From the NCBI GenBank assembly GCA_964016885.1, contig OZ024761.1:1674001-1738000 (forward strand): 64,000 bases of DNA, written 5' to 3'. Within the stretch, counting starts at the first letter, position 1, and every line of letters starts with the position of its first letter. Shown piece by piece: positions 15,001 to 28,700 of the stretch. The position numbers and the translations under genes are program-made. The notes under the pieces are model-generated. The model did not search any database. It was not told the origin of the DNA and saw only the letters and a program-made list of their open reading frames with translations. The DNA is from Eledone cirrhosa (lineage: Eukaryota).

Positions 15001-15689
15001 AGTAAATGCCATCATGATGTTATATAAAAACACCTGCGCAATGGTGCGCTCACCTGATGGAGATACCAACTTCTTTGACATCATTGCAGGAGTACTCCAA
15101 GGGGATACACTTGCACCATACATTTTTATTATCTGCCTCGACTATGTATTGAGAAAAGCCCTGGACGAAAACTTAGAGCTTGGTTTCACTCTCACAAAGC
15201 GAAAGTGTAGACGCCATGCAGCTCAGAAAATCACTGATGCTGACTATGCGGATGATTTCTTCAGAGCTGCTGTGGAATCTGTGCTTGTTTATGGCTCTAT
15301 CACTTGGACGCTAACGTCGAAACTTGAGAAAAAGCTAGACGGGGCATACACATGTATGCTCCGCGCTGCTTTAAATGTCTTGGAGGGAACACCCAACAAA
15401 TAAGGATCTCTATGGCAAATATACCACCTATCAGCAGGTCAATACGTGGACAGAGACTCAGATTTGCTGGCCACTGTTGGCACAGCAAGGAAGAAATAGC
15501 AGGTGATGTGTTGTTATGGAGCCCATCTCATGGAGCAAGAAACGCTGGTCGTCCCAAGAAGACATACGTCAAGCAACTTGAGGATGATACTGGATGCACT
15601 GCGGAAGAACTGGCAAACGCTATGAGAGACAGAGATGGATGGAGGAAATGTGTCGTAGAAGGCCGAGCAAGCTCGACCTGATGATGATG

Positions 15690-15765
<76 letters not shown>

Positions 15766-15769
15766 ATAC

Positions 15770-15817
<48 letters not shown>

Positions 15818-15866
15818 ATACATATGTATATATATATATATGTGTGTGTGTGGGTGTGTATATATA

Positions 15867-15905
<39 letters not shown>

Positions 15906-16440
15906 GGTGTTGGATGCTTAAAGTGCCCATATGCAGTAGGCCATTTGAGCATTCGATGCTCTCATAGAGCAGAGTATGATATCACAGAAAAAATGGGAAT
16001 CAGTGTTGCGACGAATGGAATTTATTGGACATATTACAATCGTTTCTCTGGCGACCAGCTCGAGGCACGATCGATGTGATGATCAAACCTGACTCTGAAA
16101 ATCGCAAGGTCCTCAGATACGTCTTGATTCTACGAAGCAGATTTTCCTATCTTTTTTCTGTGATATATATATAAATATATATATATATTTATATATACAT
16201 ATATATGTGTGTGTGTGTATAATAATAATAATACAATGACGATTTGTTAAGCCTTCATTACGTTTATTGATTGGTGATGCACGTTTTGCTATTGCTCAGC
16301 TCAAAGTTTGATCAGTATCGATCTAGCCAGACTCAGGAATCAAAAGGTCATCGGACCTCTGCTGTTGTAATGACGGACGAGAATCTAAACATTGAGTGCT
16401 CACCTGGGTGAACCTACAGTAACTTCACGTTACACTCCCT

Positions 16441-16484
<44 letters not shown>

Positions 16485-17704
16485 ACTAGAAATATTACCT
16501 TTTTAAAAAATAATTAAAAAATGATTAATTTTTTAAAAAGGGAATATTTGAAGCTCTAGTTAAACTTTAATTAGTTACCTACCTAGCTATGTGTGATTAC
16601 ACACTTTACAAATTATCCCCTGTGATTGTTTCATGTGTTTATTTTAAATATATATATATGTCAATCAATTTCTAGTTGATATAAAATGCTCGGATCTATT
16701 CATTGAAATCTTTGAGCTTATTCTACGGTGGATATGGCGCATGTCTCAGACATGACTCCCTTAATCTAATTTAATTTAATTTAATTAATTTTGAATATAT
16801 ATATATATATGTATATAGATATAAATAATTACAACAGTGACATAAACAGGTACTCAAGTTTCGTTGGGTTCTCGGCCCCAAATTTCTTCAGCCTGTCATG
16901 AGGAAAATGGAAAACATCTCATGACAGGCTGAAGAAATTGGGGCCCAGAACCCATTAAAACTTGAGTACCTGTTTATGTCACTGTTGTAATTATTTATAC
17001 TAAACTCGTCCTATGGACTGAGTGCTCTTACTCTTGGATATTTCCACTTAACTTTTACTTCAGTATATATATATGTATATATATATGTGTATATACTTGG
17101 GGAGGGTCATATTTGTGTAATATTGCCAGAATTAATAAGAGAACACACTCACTGAGTGTGTTCTGTTATTAATTCTGGCAATATTACACAAATATGACCC
17201 TCCCCAAGTATAACAATATTTGTTTCGACACACGATTTCATATAAAAAACCTCGCAAAACTAATTCATCGCCGTTATGTGTATATATACTGAAAAAAGTG
17301 AGTGAATATTAGAAGTGAATTTTAAATATTTTCTATAGTGTGTCCTGTAGGAAAGTTTGGTCCCAGCTGTAGTAGAAATTGTCACTGTGCAGACAACAGC
17401 AAATGTAACACAGAGACAGGTGTGTGTTACAGTGGAGGATGTACTGCTGGTTATGAAGGTAGCAACTGTCAGACAGGTAAGTGGTGTAATGTAGCTATAT
17501 ATATATATGTATCATCATCATCATCAATTAACGTCTATCTTCTATGCTAGCTTGGGTTAGACAGGGTTGTCCCATTTAGAGGCATGTTGGGTCGGGTGAC
17601 CATGTCTCGCTCATATAGCAGAGTTTCTGACTGTTTTTTTACGGCTGGATGCCCTTCCCAACGCCAACCACTGATCTGAAATATTTGAAATATTTGCTCT
17701 ATAG

Positions 17705-17736
<32 letters not shown>

Positions 17737-19744
17737 TGATTGTGTATACATATAGTTATTCTTTTACTATCCAATTGAGTTCTTATACACGTGGTTAATA
17801 CCTAACAGGTTTAAATGACCAGCGTGTATATTGTTTTATTTTAAGATGACCTCCCCTTACCCTCTTGGGGACAGCGTATATTTTATCTTTGAGAGGACTG
17901 CTGGATTTTCTAAGCGCTGGATCTTCTTAGCGCTGAGGAAGACCATCACTAATCTATTAATGTCGATATAATTCTTATATCGATATTATTTGGGCATCCA
18001 CTGATGAGTTTATAAGAACCCGCTTGTGTATAAAACTATGGATTATATACAAGTTTCTACATAACCTGGAAATTATTTATCCCAAATTGTAGAAATCTTA
18101 TAACGAAACAGCCGTCTGGAAGGAAAGAGATATTTATTTAATAATGTCTCATATAAAATAATACAACCAGCTATCCACGAAATACTGATTAGTTAGCACC
18201 CCAAACACTAAATTGGGAAAATACTTAGGTATATCCTAATGTTTGTTGAGTGAGATGGAGTTGGTCAGAGTATCGCTTAAGGCTTTCTCTGTTTATGTAT
18301 TGAATATATACTCTTGGTGGCCAGATATGATTTCCAGATATAAGGTATGACTCTCTTTCATCATCATCATCATCATCATTATCATCGTTTAACGTCCATC
18401 TTCCACGCTTGCATGGGTTTGGACGGGAGTTTTCCCACTTGAGGCAAGATTGGTTGTCCTCCTCGTATAGACTGTCTGGCGGATTTTCTACAGCTGGATG
18501 CCCTTCCTAACACCAACCACGTTTACAGTGTGGACTGGGAGGTTTTTACCGTGTTACCTACACAGCCACATTACAGCGTGGACTATGTGTTTTTTTGTCA
18601 TGACACCTACACGTCTGGCGGGTTTTCTATGGCTGGGTGCCCTTCCCAACACCAACCACGTTTACAGTGTGGACTGGGAGGTTTTTACCGTTTTACCTAC
18701 ACGGCCACATTACAGCGTGGACTGTGTGTTATTTTTTGTTGCGACACCTACACAACCTCATTTGTTTCGGACTGGATGTTGTGGTACCAACATAACTTCA
18801 CATTTAAGGGGGTGGTGTGGATGGGATGGGGTAGTGGGACGGGGGTGTATTTTGTTAGATGTGCCTAGTGACTGTAGGTTTCACTTTGCACTTAGGCAAG
18901 GCGGGTCTTCTGTATGACTGTGTAGCGCCAAAGATCTCGGTCCAGTGACATTGTCTTGGAGAGGTGTAAGTGTGTGAGGTCGGAATTTATCAAGTCGTCC
19001 CAGGTTTTTCTGAGTCTGCCTACTCCGTGGCTACCGTCTATTTTTATTTTTTATATGAAATACTGATTGATCTTCCTTGTATCCCATGTCTGATTTAACC
19101 TTAGAGAATAGCTATGTGTGTATATGGGTGATCCATACATGTATTTATTATGTTTTAATATCTCTATGTGTGCATTGATTGTGTATACATATAGTTATTC
19201 TTTTAATATCCAATTGAGTTCTTATACACGTGGTTAATACCTAACAGGTTTAAATGACCAGCGTGTATATTGTTTTATTTTAAGATGACCTCCCCTTACC
19301 CTCTTGGGGACAGCGTGTATTTTATCTTTGAGAGGACTGCTGGATTTTCTGAACTACCAGTCTCTTCTTAGCGCTGAGGAAGACCATCGCCATTCTGTTA
19401 ATGTCGATATAATTCTTATATCGATATTATTTGGGCATCCACTGATGAGTTTATAAGAGTCCGCTTGTGTATAAAACTATGGATTATATACAAGTTTCTA
19501 CATAACCTGGAAATTATTTATCCCAAATTGTAGAAATCTTATAATGAAACGGCCGTCTGGAAGGAAAGAGATATTTATTTAATATTGTCTCATATAAAAT
19601 AATACAACCAGCTATCCACGGAATACTGATTAGTTAGCACCCCAAACACTAAATTGGGATAATACTTAGGTATATCCTAATGTTTGTTGAGTGAGATGGA
19701 GTTGGTCGGAGTATCGCTTAAGGCTTTCTCTGTTTATGTATTGA

Positions 19745-19794
<50 letters not shown>

Positions 19795-22700
19795 TCAGGT
19801 TATCAATAATGTAGTGATAATATATCGTTACGTTAGAGATGAACAGCGTATGTGCAGGTTTGCTCAACGAGTATAAAAATATATATATATATATATATAT
19901 ATAACTCTTATCTTATTGAGCCCTCTCCAGATTTTGGTGTTTGTATTTATTATTAACTACTCTCTCACTTCTCTCTCTCTCTATGGCTTAGTGGTTAGAG
20001 CATTGGCCTTGCAATCGAAAGGTTGTGAGTTCAATTCTCAGACCGGGTGATGTGTTGTTTCCTTGAGCAAGACACTTTATTTCACATTGCTCCAGTTTAC
20101 TCAGCTGTAGAAATGAGATGATAGGGATTGCGGTCCCTATCATTCCACTGCAAAGTGGTCGTGGAGGTGCCACGGCAAAAAAGCACCCAGCACTCACTGT
20201 AAATGAGGTTGGTGTTAGGAAGGGCATCCAGCTGTAGAAATCAAGCCAGAATCAGTTTCCGTCCCACCCTCGCAAGCAGGGAAAAGTGGACGTAAAATGA
20301 TGATGATGATGATGATGATACATATATACGTATATATATATATATTCATAAAACTCTTATCTTATTGAGCCCTCTCTAGATTTTGATCTTTGTATTTATT
20401 ATTAACTACTCTCTCTCTCTTCTCTCTCTCTCTCTCTGTATATATATATGTGCGTGTGTGTGTGTGGTGCTGCTGCTGCTGACATTCTTAATGATAAAGA
20501 AGAAGATATACATTTCATTTTTAATGTTTTCTTTAATGTTTTCTTACAGTGTCACATGAAGCAATTTCTCTGGTCTCACATTTTCAAAATTCAAATAATG
20601 TCTACCATGTAAAATATGAAAATATCGGAAATTAATGTGAATTATTAAATATATTTAGACTTCCATATTTTTTATTTTCAGTCTGTAAAACAGGTAAATT
20701 TGGAGCCAACTGTAAATACACATGTCACTGCGCAGATAACAGCAGGTGTAACAAAGAGACAGGTGTGTGTTCAAGTGGAGGATGTGCTGCTGGTTATGAA
20801 GGTAGCAACTGTCAAACAGGTAAGTACTGTAGTACAGATTTGTTTCTAACTTGATATATGAAACAAAACAACAGCAGATGTAAAAAAACAGACAGAGACA
20901 GGTGTGATGCTGGTTATGATGATATAGATATAATACAGATGATTAGATATAATATATAGGATATAGATATCATATAGGTTGTAGAGATATTGTATAGATG
21001 ATATCACTATATCATAGATGACAACACTATAATATCATCATCATCTTCGTTTAACGTCCATCTTCCACGCCAGCATGGGTTAGACTCATCATCATTTTAC
21101 GTTCGCTTTTCCCTGCTTGCAAGGGTGGGACGGAAACTGATTCTGGCTTGATTTCTACAGCTGGATGTCCTTCCTAATACCAACCTTATTTTCAGTGAGT
21201 ACTGGGTGCTTTTTTGCCATGGCACCTCCACGACCACTTTGCAGTGGAATGATATGGACCCCAGTCCTATCATCTCATTTCTACAGCTGAGTAAACTGGA
21301 GCAATGTGAAATAAAGTGTCTTGCTCAAGGAAACAACACATCACCCGGTCTGAGAATTGAACTCACAACCTTTCGATTGCAAGGCCAATGCTCTAACCAT
21401 TAAGCCATGTGCCACCATAGCTATAGATGATATAATTATGATATTTATTATCTTGTATAGTGTTATATGTTGCTATAATTGTCATTGTTCTCATATTTTA
21501 TACCCACAGTCTGTAAAACAGGTAAATTCGGACCCAACTGTAAATACACATGTCACTGTGCTGATAACAGCAGGTGTAACAAAGAGACAGGTGTGTGTTT
21601 TAGTGGAGGATGTGCTGCTGGTTATGAAGGTAGCAACTGTCAGACAGGTAAGTGGTGTAGTATAGCTTTGTTTCTAACTTAATATATTAGGTTATTACAT
21701 GGAAGGGAAACATGTATGCTACATGTGTTAGAAGTGACATGATTTATCGGAGCAAGGAGCTGTCCTTCCACCGCATACTCATGCAGAACATTCCATATTT
21801 TTATTTTCAGGGTGTAAAACAGGTAAATTTGGACCTAACTGTAAACACACATGTCACTGTACTAACAACAGCAGGTGTAACAAACAGCTAGATGTAATAC
21901 AGAGACAGGTGTGTGTTCCAGTGAAGTGTGTGGTGATGGTTATGAAGATAGCAACTGTAAGACAGGTGTGTTACAGTAGAGGGTGTGGTGCTGGTTATGA
22001 AGAAGTGGTACATAGTTTCTGTTACTTGCAGTGGAGGAAGGTGTTCTGAAAGCACAGTAGCCAGTGTGAGAATGGGTTGAAGAAAGTTCAGTGAGCTACT
22101 AAATCCCCACTCCTCACCCATGCCCCTAAATCTACCTCCTCAATCCCCATGCAACTGCCCCACTCAAGTCCCCAGTCCACACTGTAAAGTGGTTGTGATA
22201 GTACCACAACGAAAATGCCCAGCCCACACTGTAAAGTGGTCATGTTGGTGACACAAAATGTGCCCAGCCCTCATTGTAAAGTGGTTGTGATAGTGCCACA
22301 ACAAAAATGCCCAGCCCACACTATAAAGTGCTTGTGATAGTGCCACAACAAAAAGTGCCCAGCGCACACTGTAAAATGGTTGTGATAATGCCACAACAAA
22401 AAGTGCTCAGGTCTCATTGTAAAGTGGTCAAGTTGGTGACAACAAAAAGTGCCCAGTCCACACTGTAAAGTGGTTGGCATTTGGAAGGCCATCCAGCCAT
22501 CAAAATCAATCCAAAATCAGTTCTGCATAAGCAAGACATGGCCATCTGACCCAACTTTTCTCACAATGGGACAGTATATCTAACCCATGCTAGCATAGAA
22601 AATGGACATTAAATGGTAATGATGAGGATGATGATTATCTTGTATAGTGTTATATGTTGTTATTATTGTCATTGTTCTCATATTTTATTTCCACAGTCTG

Positions 22701-25700
22701 TAGAAATGGTATATTCGGAGCCAAATGTGGCAACACATGTCACTGTGTTGACAACAGTAAATGTAACAAAAAGACAGGTGTGTGTTCTAGTGGAGGATGT
22801 GCTGCTGGATATGAAGGTAGCAACTGTCAGACAGGTAAGTGGTGTAGTATAGCTTTGTTTGTAACTTAATATAGTGGGTCAAGACAACAGTAGGTGTAAC
22901 ATACAGAGAGGTGTAACAAACAGCGAGATGTAACACAGAGACAGGTGTGTGTTCCAATGAAGTTTGTTGTGTAGTATAGCTTAGTCTGTAGCTTAATATA
23001 TTGAAACAAAACAACATCAGGTGTAACATAGAGACAGGTGTATGTTCTAGTGGAGGATGTGCTGCTGGTTATGAAGGTAGCAACTGTCAGAGAGGTAAGT
23101 AGTATAGTAATTAAACTTTCTATTACCATATTTCTAATGAAAGACACTGTATATGTCATTAACCCTTTCATTACCATATTTCTAATGAAAAACACTGTCT
23201 ATGTCATAAACCCTCTCATTACCATATTTTTAATAAAAGAAACTATCTATATCATTAAGCCTTTCATTACCATATATCTAATGAAAGACACTACCAACGT
23301 CATTAATCCTTTCATTACCATATTTCTAATGAAAGACAATGCCTATGTCATTAACCCTTTCATTAACATATATCTAATGAAAGACACTGTCTATGTCATT
23401 AACCCTTTCATTACCATATTTCTAATGAAAGATACTACCTATGTCATTAACTTCTTCATTAACATATATCTAATGAAAGATACTACCTATGTCATTAACT
23501 TCTTCATTAACATATATCTAATGAAAGACACTGTCTATGTCATTAACCCTTTCATTACCATATTTCTAATGAAAGGCACTGTCAATGTCATTAACCTTCT
23601 CATTACCATATTTCTAATAAAAGAAACTATCTATATCATTAACCCTTTCATTACCATATTTCTAATGAAAGACACTATCTATGACATTAACCCTTTCGTT
23701 ACCATATTTCTAATGAAAGACACTGTCTATGTCATTAACCCTTTCATTACCATATTTCTAATGAAAGGCACTGTCTATGTCATTAACCCTTTCATTACCA
23801 TATTTCTAATGAAAGACACTGTCTATGTCATTAACCCTTTCATTAGCATATTTCTAATGAAAGGCACTGTCTATGTCATTAACCCTTTCATTACCATATT
23901 TCTAATGAAAGACACTGTCTATGTCATTAACCCTTTCATTACCATATTTCTAATGAAAGGCACTGTCTATGTCATTAACCCTTTCATTAGCATATTTCTA
24001 ATGAAAGACACTGTCTATGTCATTAACCCTTTCATTAGCATATTTCTAATGAAAGGCACTGTCTATGTCATTAACCCTTTCATTACCATATTTCTAATGA
24101 AAGACACTGTCTATGTCATTTACCCTTTCATTACCATATTTCTAATGAAAGACACTGTCTATGTCATTAACCCTTTCATTACCATATTTCTAATGAAAGA
24201 CACTGTCTATGTCATTAACCCTTTCATTACCATATTTCTAATGAAAGACACTGTCTATGTCATTAACCCTTTCATTACCATATTTCTAATGAAAGACACT
24301 ACCTATGTCATTCACCCTTTCATTACCATATTTCTAATAAGGTAAGTGATGTAGCATAACTTTGTTGTAGCATAATATATTGAAACGAAACAACAGCAGG
24401 TGTAACTTAGAGACAGGTGTGTGTTCCTATTGAAAGTGTGACATCGCAACTCATTTCTATAGCTGAGTATCTTGAGCAACATGAAATAAAGTGACTTGTT
24501 CAAGAACACAAAACGCAGCAAGATACAGGCATCAAACTCACAACTTTATGATTGTAAGCCTGACGCTCTTACCACTAATCCTTGCACTTTCAATAGATAT
24601 AATATAGAAGAATAGATATAGTATAGATATAGATATAATATAGGTTGTAGGGATATAGTACAGATGATATAGATATAAAATAGTTGATATCACTATAGTA
24701 TAGATTAGGGGACATCAAATCCCTGGCCCGCGGGCCACATCTGGCCTGCTGACAGGTTTCAATCTTAGACTAAGCGATCCCCTGAAAAAGTGCTCTGAAT
24801 TATTTGGGATTAAAATACCAACTAGAGAACACGTCTAACCACAAGACTCACTTAACTGAACATAATGTTTTAATGTGACAGTAAGAAACAATCAAACTCA
24901 GAGAGATAGAATAGTCAGATATCGAGGTCAAAGGGACTGTGTATTCGTGTATATATGTACATACATAGTATCTGTATGGCAGGGATGTGAAATGACCCAG
25001 ACTTACCTAAAAAAGTCAGTATGTCTGACATAGTTATTTCATTTCATCCTCAAAATTGTTCATTTTAGTTAGCTGTCTGGTAGTAAAACATCTGTAAGCG
25101 ACTGTATTTGATAATAATCAATGTTTATTTATTTTTCTATGTTAAAAGTGTTCAGTATTATTAGAAGTAAATATGTTCAATGAACAAATGGCAACCCTGG
25201 TTTAAATACACTGCCAGGTGTCATGGCTTTGTCAGAGTTTATTAAAAATATCAGAGTATTTTATTATATTACTGCATTCATTTTTACATATGTTCTCATT
25301 ACTTATTTGATATCATGGCCTGCCGACGAGACACTACATAGCAATGTGGCCTGCTGATGAGACACTGCATAGCAATATGGCCTGCTGATGAGACACTGCA
25401 TAGCTATGTGGCCTGCTGACAAGACACTGCATAGCTAGGTGGCCTGCTGGTGAGACACTGCATAGCAATGTGGCTTGCTGGTGAGACACTGCATAGCTAT
25501 GTGGCCTGCTGGTGAGACATTCCATAGCTATGTGACCTGCTGATAAAACACTGCATAGCTATGTGGCCTACTGGTGAGACACTGCATAGCTATGTGGCCC
25601 GCTGGTGAGACACTGCATAGCTATGTGGCCTGCTGGTGAGACACTCCATAACTATGTGACCTGCTGACGAGACACTGCATAGCAATGTGGCCTGCTGACA

Positions 25701-28700
25701 AGACACTACATAGCTATGTGGCCTGCTGGTGAGACACTGCATAGCTATGTGGCCTGCTTGTGCGACATTACATAGCTATGTGTCCTGCCAGTGAGACACT
25801 GCATAAAAATGTGGCCTGCTGGTGAGACACTGCATAGTTATGTGGCTTGCTGGTGAGACTCTCCATAGCTATGTGGTCTGCTGGTGAGACACTCCATAGC
25901 TATGTGGCCTGCTGACAAGACACTCCGTAGCTATGTGGCCTGCTGATGAGACACTGCATAGAAATGTGGCCTGCTGACAAGACACTACATAGCTATGTGT
26001 CCTGCTGAGGAGACACTACATAGCTAGGTTGCCTGCTAGTGAGACACTGCCTAGCTATGTGGTCTGCTGGTGAGACATTACATAGATATGTGTTCTGCCA
26101 GTGAGACACTGCATAAAAATGTGGCCTGCTGACAAGACACTGTATAGCAATGTGAGCAACTGACAAGACACTTCGTAACAATGTGGCCTGCCAGTGAGAC
26201 ACTGCATAGAAATGTGGCCTGCCTGTGTGACACTCCATAGCAATGTGGCCCGCACACCCCAAAAGGATGCCGACCTCTGGTATAGATGACAACATTATAA
26301 TATAGATGATATAATTATTGTGATATTTATTATCTTGTATAGTGTTATATGTTGTTATAATTGTCATTGTTCTCATATTTTATTTCCAGTCTGTAAATCA
26401 GGTAAATTTGGACCCAACTGTGGCAACACATGTCACTGTGCTGACAACAGTAAATGTAACAAACAGACAGGTGTGTGTTCTAGTGGAGGATGTGCTGCTG
26501 GTTATGAAGGTAGCAACTGTCAGACAGGTATATGGTGTAGTAATTAACCCTTTCATTACCACATTTCTAATGAAAGACACTGTCTATGTCATTAACCCTT
26601 TCATTACCATATTTCTAATGAAAGACACTGTCTATGTCAGAGGAGAGGAACCTTTTTACCATTAGAGGCCACATTTAAATTAGGCAGTAATACAGGAGGC
26701 CGCATAAGTTGATATACCTATAAATGCGATTTTTGTGAAATTATTATAGTTTTTGTATAGTTTTATAGTCATTTATTATTTAACATAAAAAGTTACAATA
26801 TAAAATATTTTTGTATTCACATAATTATAAAGAAATACAATAGAAAAATAATAATATTAAGCTAAAAAAACTAATATAGCAAAAATACGTAAAATAATTT
26901 TAAAATCCGATGGAAAATTCAAGTTAGTCGGATATTTGCATTTGTTTCTTGCTTGAAAGTAATTGAATATTTGGATCAAGGTTTAATGACATAGACTCTA
27001 CGTCATTAAACCTTTCATTACCATATTTCTACTTAAAGACACTGTCTATATCATTAACCCTTTCATTACCATATCTCTCTTAAAGGCACTGTCTATATCA
27101 TTAACCATTTCATTACCATATTTCTACTTAAAGACACTGTCTATATCATTCACCCTTTCATTACCATATTTCTAATGAAAGAAAATGCCTATGTCATTCA
27201 CCCTTTCATTCCCATATTTCTAATGAAAGACACTGTCTATGTAATTAACCCTTTCATTACCATATTTCTAATTAGGTAAGTGATGTAGCATAACTTTGTT
27301 GTAGCATAATATATTGAAACGAAACAACAGCAGGTGTAACTTAGAGACAGGTGTGTGTTCCTATTGAAAGTGTGACATCGCAACTCATTTCTATAGCTGA
27401 GTATCTTGAGCAACATGAAATAAAGTGACTTGTTCAAGAACACAAAACGCAGCAAGATACAGGCATCAAACTCACAACTTTATGATTGTAAGCCTGACGC
27501 TCTTACCACTAATCCTTGCACTTTCAATAGATATAATATAGAGGAATAGATATAGTATAGATATAGATATAATATAGGTTGTAGGGATATAGTACAGATG
27601 ATATAGATATAAAATAGTTGATATCACTATAGTATAGATTAGGGGTCATCAAATCCCTGGCCCGCGGGCCACATCTGGCCTGCCGACAGGTTTCAATCTT
27701 AGACTAAGCGATCCCCTGAAAAAGTGCTCTGAATTATTTTGGATTAAAATACCAACTAGAGAACACGTCTAACCACAAGACTCACTTAACTGAACATAAT
27801 GTTTTAATGTGACAGTAAGAAACAATCAAACTCAGAGAGATAGAATTGTCAGATATCGAGGTCAAAGGGACTGTGTATTCGTGTATATATGTACATACAT
27901 AGTATCTGTATGGCAGGGATGTGAAATGACCCAGACTTACCTAAAAAAGTCAGTATGTCTGACATAGTTATTGCATTTCATCCTCAAAATTGTTCATTTT
28001 AGTTAGCTGTCTGGTAGTAAAACATCTGTAAGTGACTGTATTTGATAATAATCAATGTTTATTTATTTTTCTATGTTAAAAGTGTTCAGTATTATTAGAA
28101 GTAAATATGTTCAATGAACAAATGGCAACCCTGGTTTAAATACACTGCCAGGTGTCATGGCTTTGTCAGAGTTTATTAAAAATATCAGAGTATTTTATTA
28201 TATTACTGCATTCATTTTTACATATGTTCTCATTACTTATTTGATATCATGGCCTGCCGACGAGACACTACATAGCAATGTGGCCTGCTGACGAGACACT
28301 GCATAGCAATATGGCCTGCTGGTGAGACACTGCATAGCTATGTGGCCTGCTGACAAGACACTGCATAGCTATGTGGCCTGCTGGACAGACACTGCATAGC
28401 TATGTGGCCTGCTGATGAGACACTCAATAGCTATGTGGCCTGCTGATGAGACACTCCATAGCTATGTGGCCTGCTGGTGAGACACTGCATAGCTATGAGG
28501 CTTGCTGGTGAGACACTCCATAGCTATGTGACCTGCTGATGAGACACTGCATAGCTATGTGGCCTGCTGGTGAGACACTGCATAGCAATGTGGCCTACTG
28601 GTGAGACACTCCATAGCTATGTGGCCTGCTGGTGAGACACTGCATAGCTATGTGGCCTGCTGGTGTGACATTACATAGCTATGTGTCCTGCTGGTAAGAC

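Larger units (their letters stand above)
17735..19744 (+). mobile_element. Two ~570-bp direct repeats (17735-18303, 19174-19744), each with a hammerhead; retrozyme/Penelope pLTR-like, interrupted by an RTE-derived insert
   Basis: Near-identical copies offset ~1440 bp. Minus-strand RTE-like 3' piece ([12 protein letters not shown], (CAT)n tail) at about 18359-19048 lies between them. Confidence 0.75.

Noticed and set aside
23038-24345. 435-aa ORF of [16 protein letters not shown] repeats ending at a donor-like site
   Set aside because: 48-bp minisatellite; other blocks of the same repeat carry frameshifting indels; it begins out of frame in an exon echo
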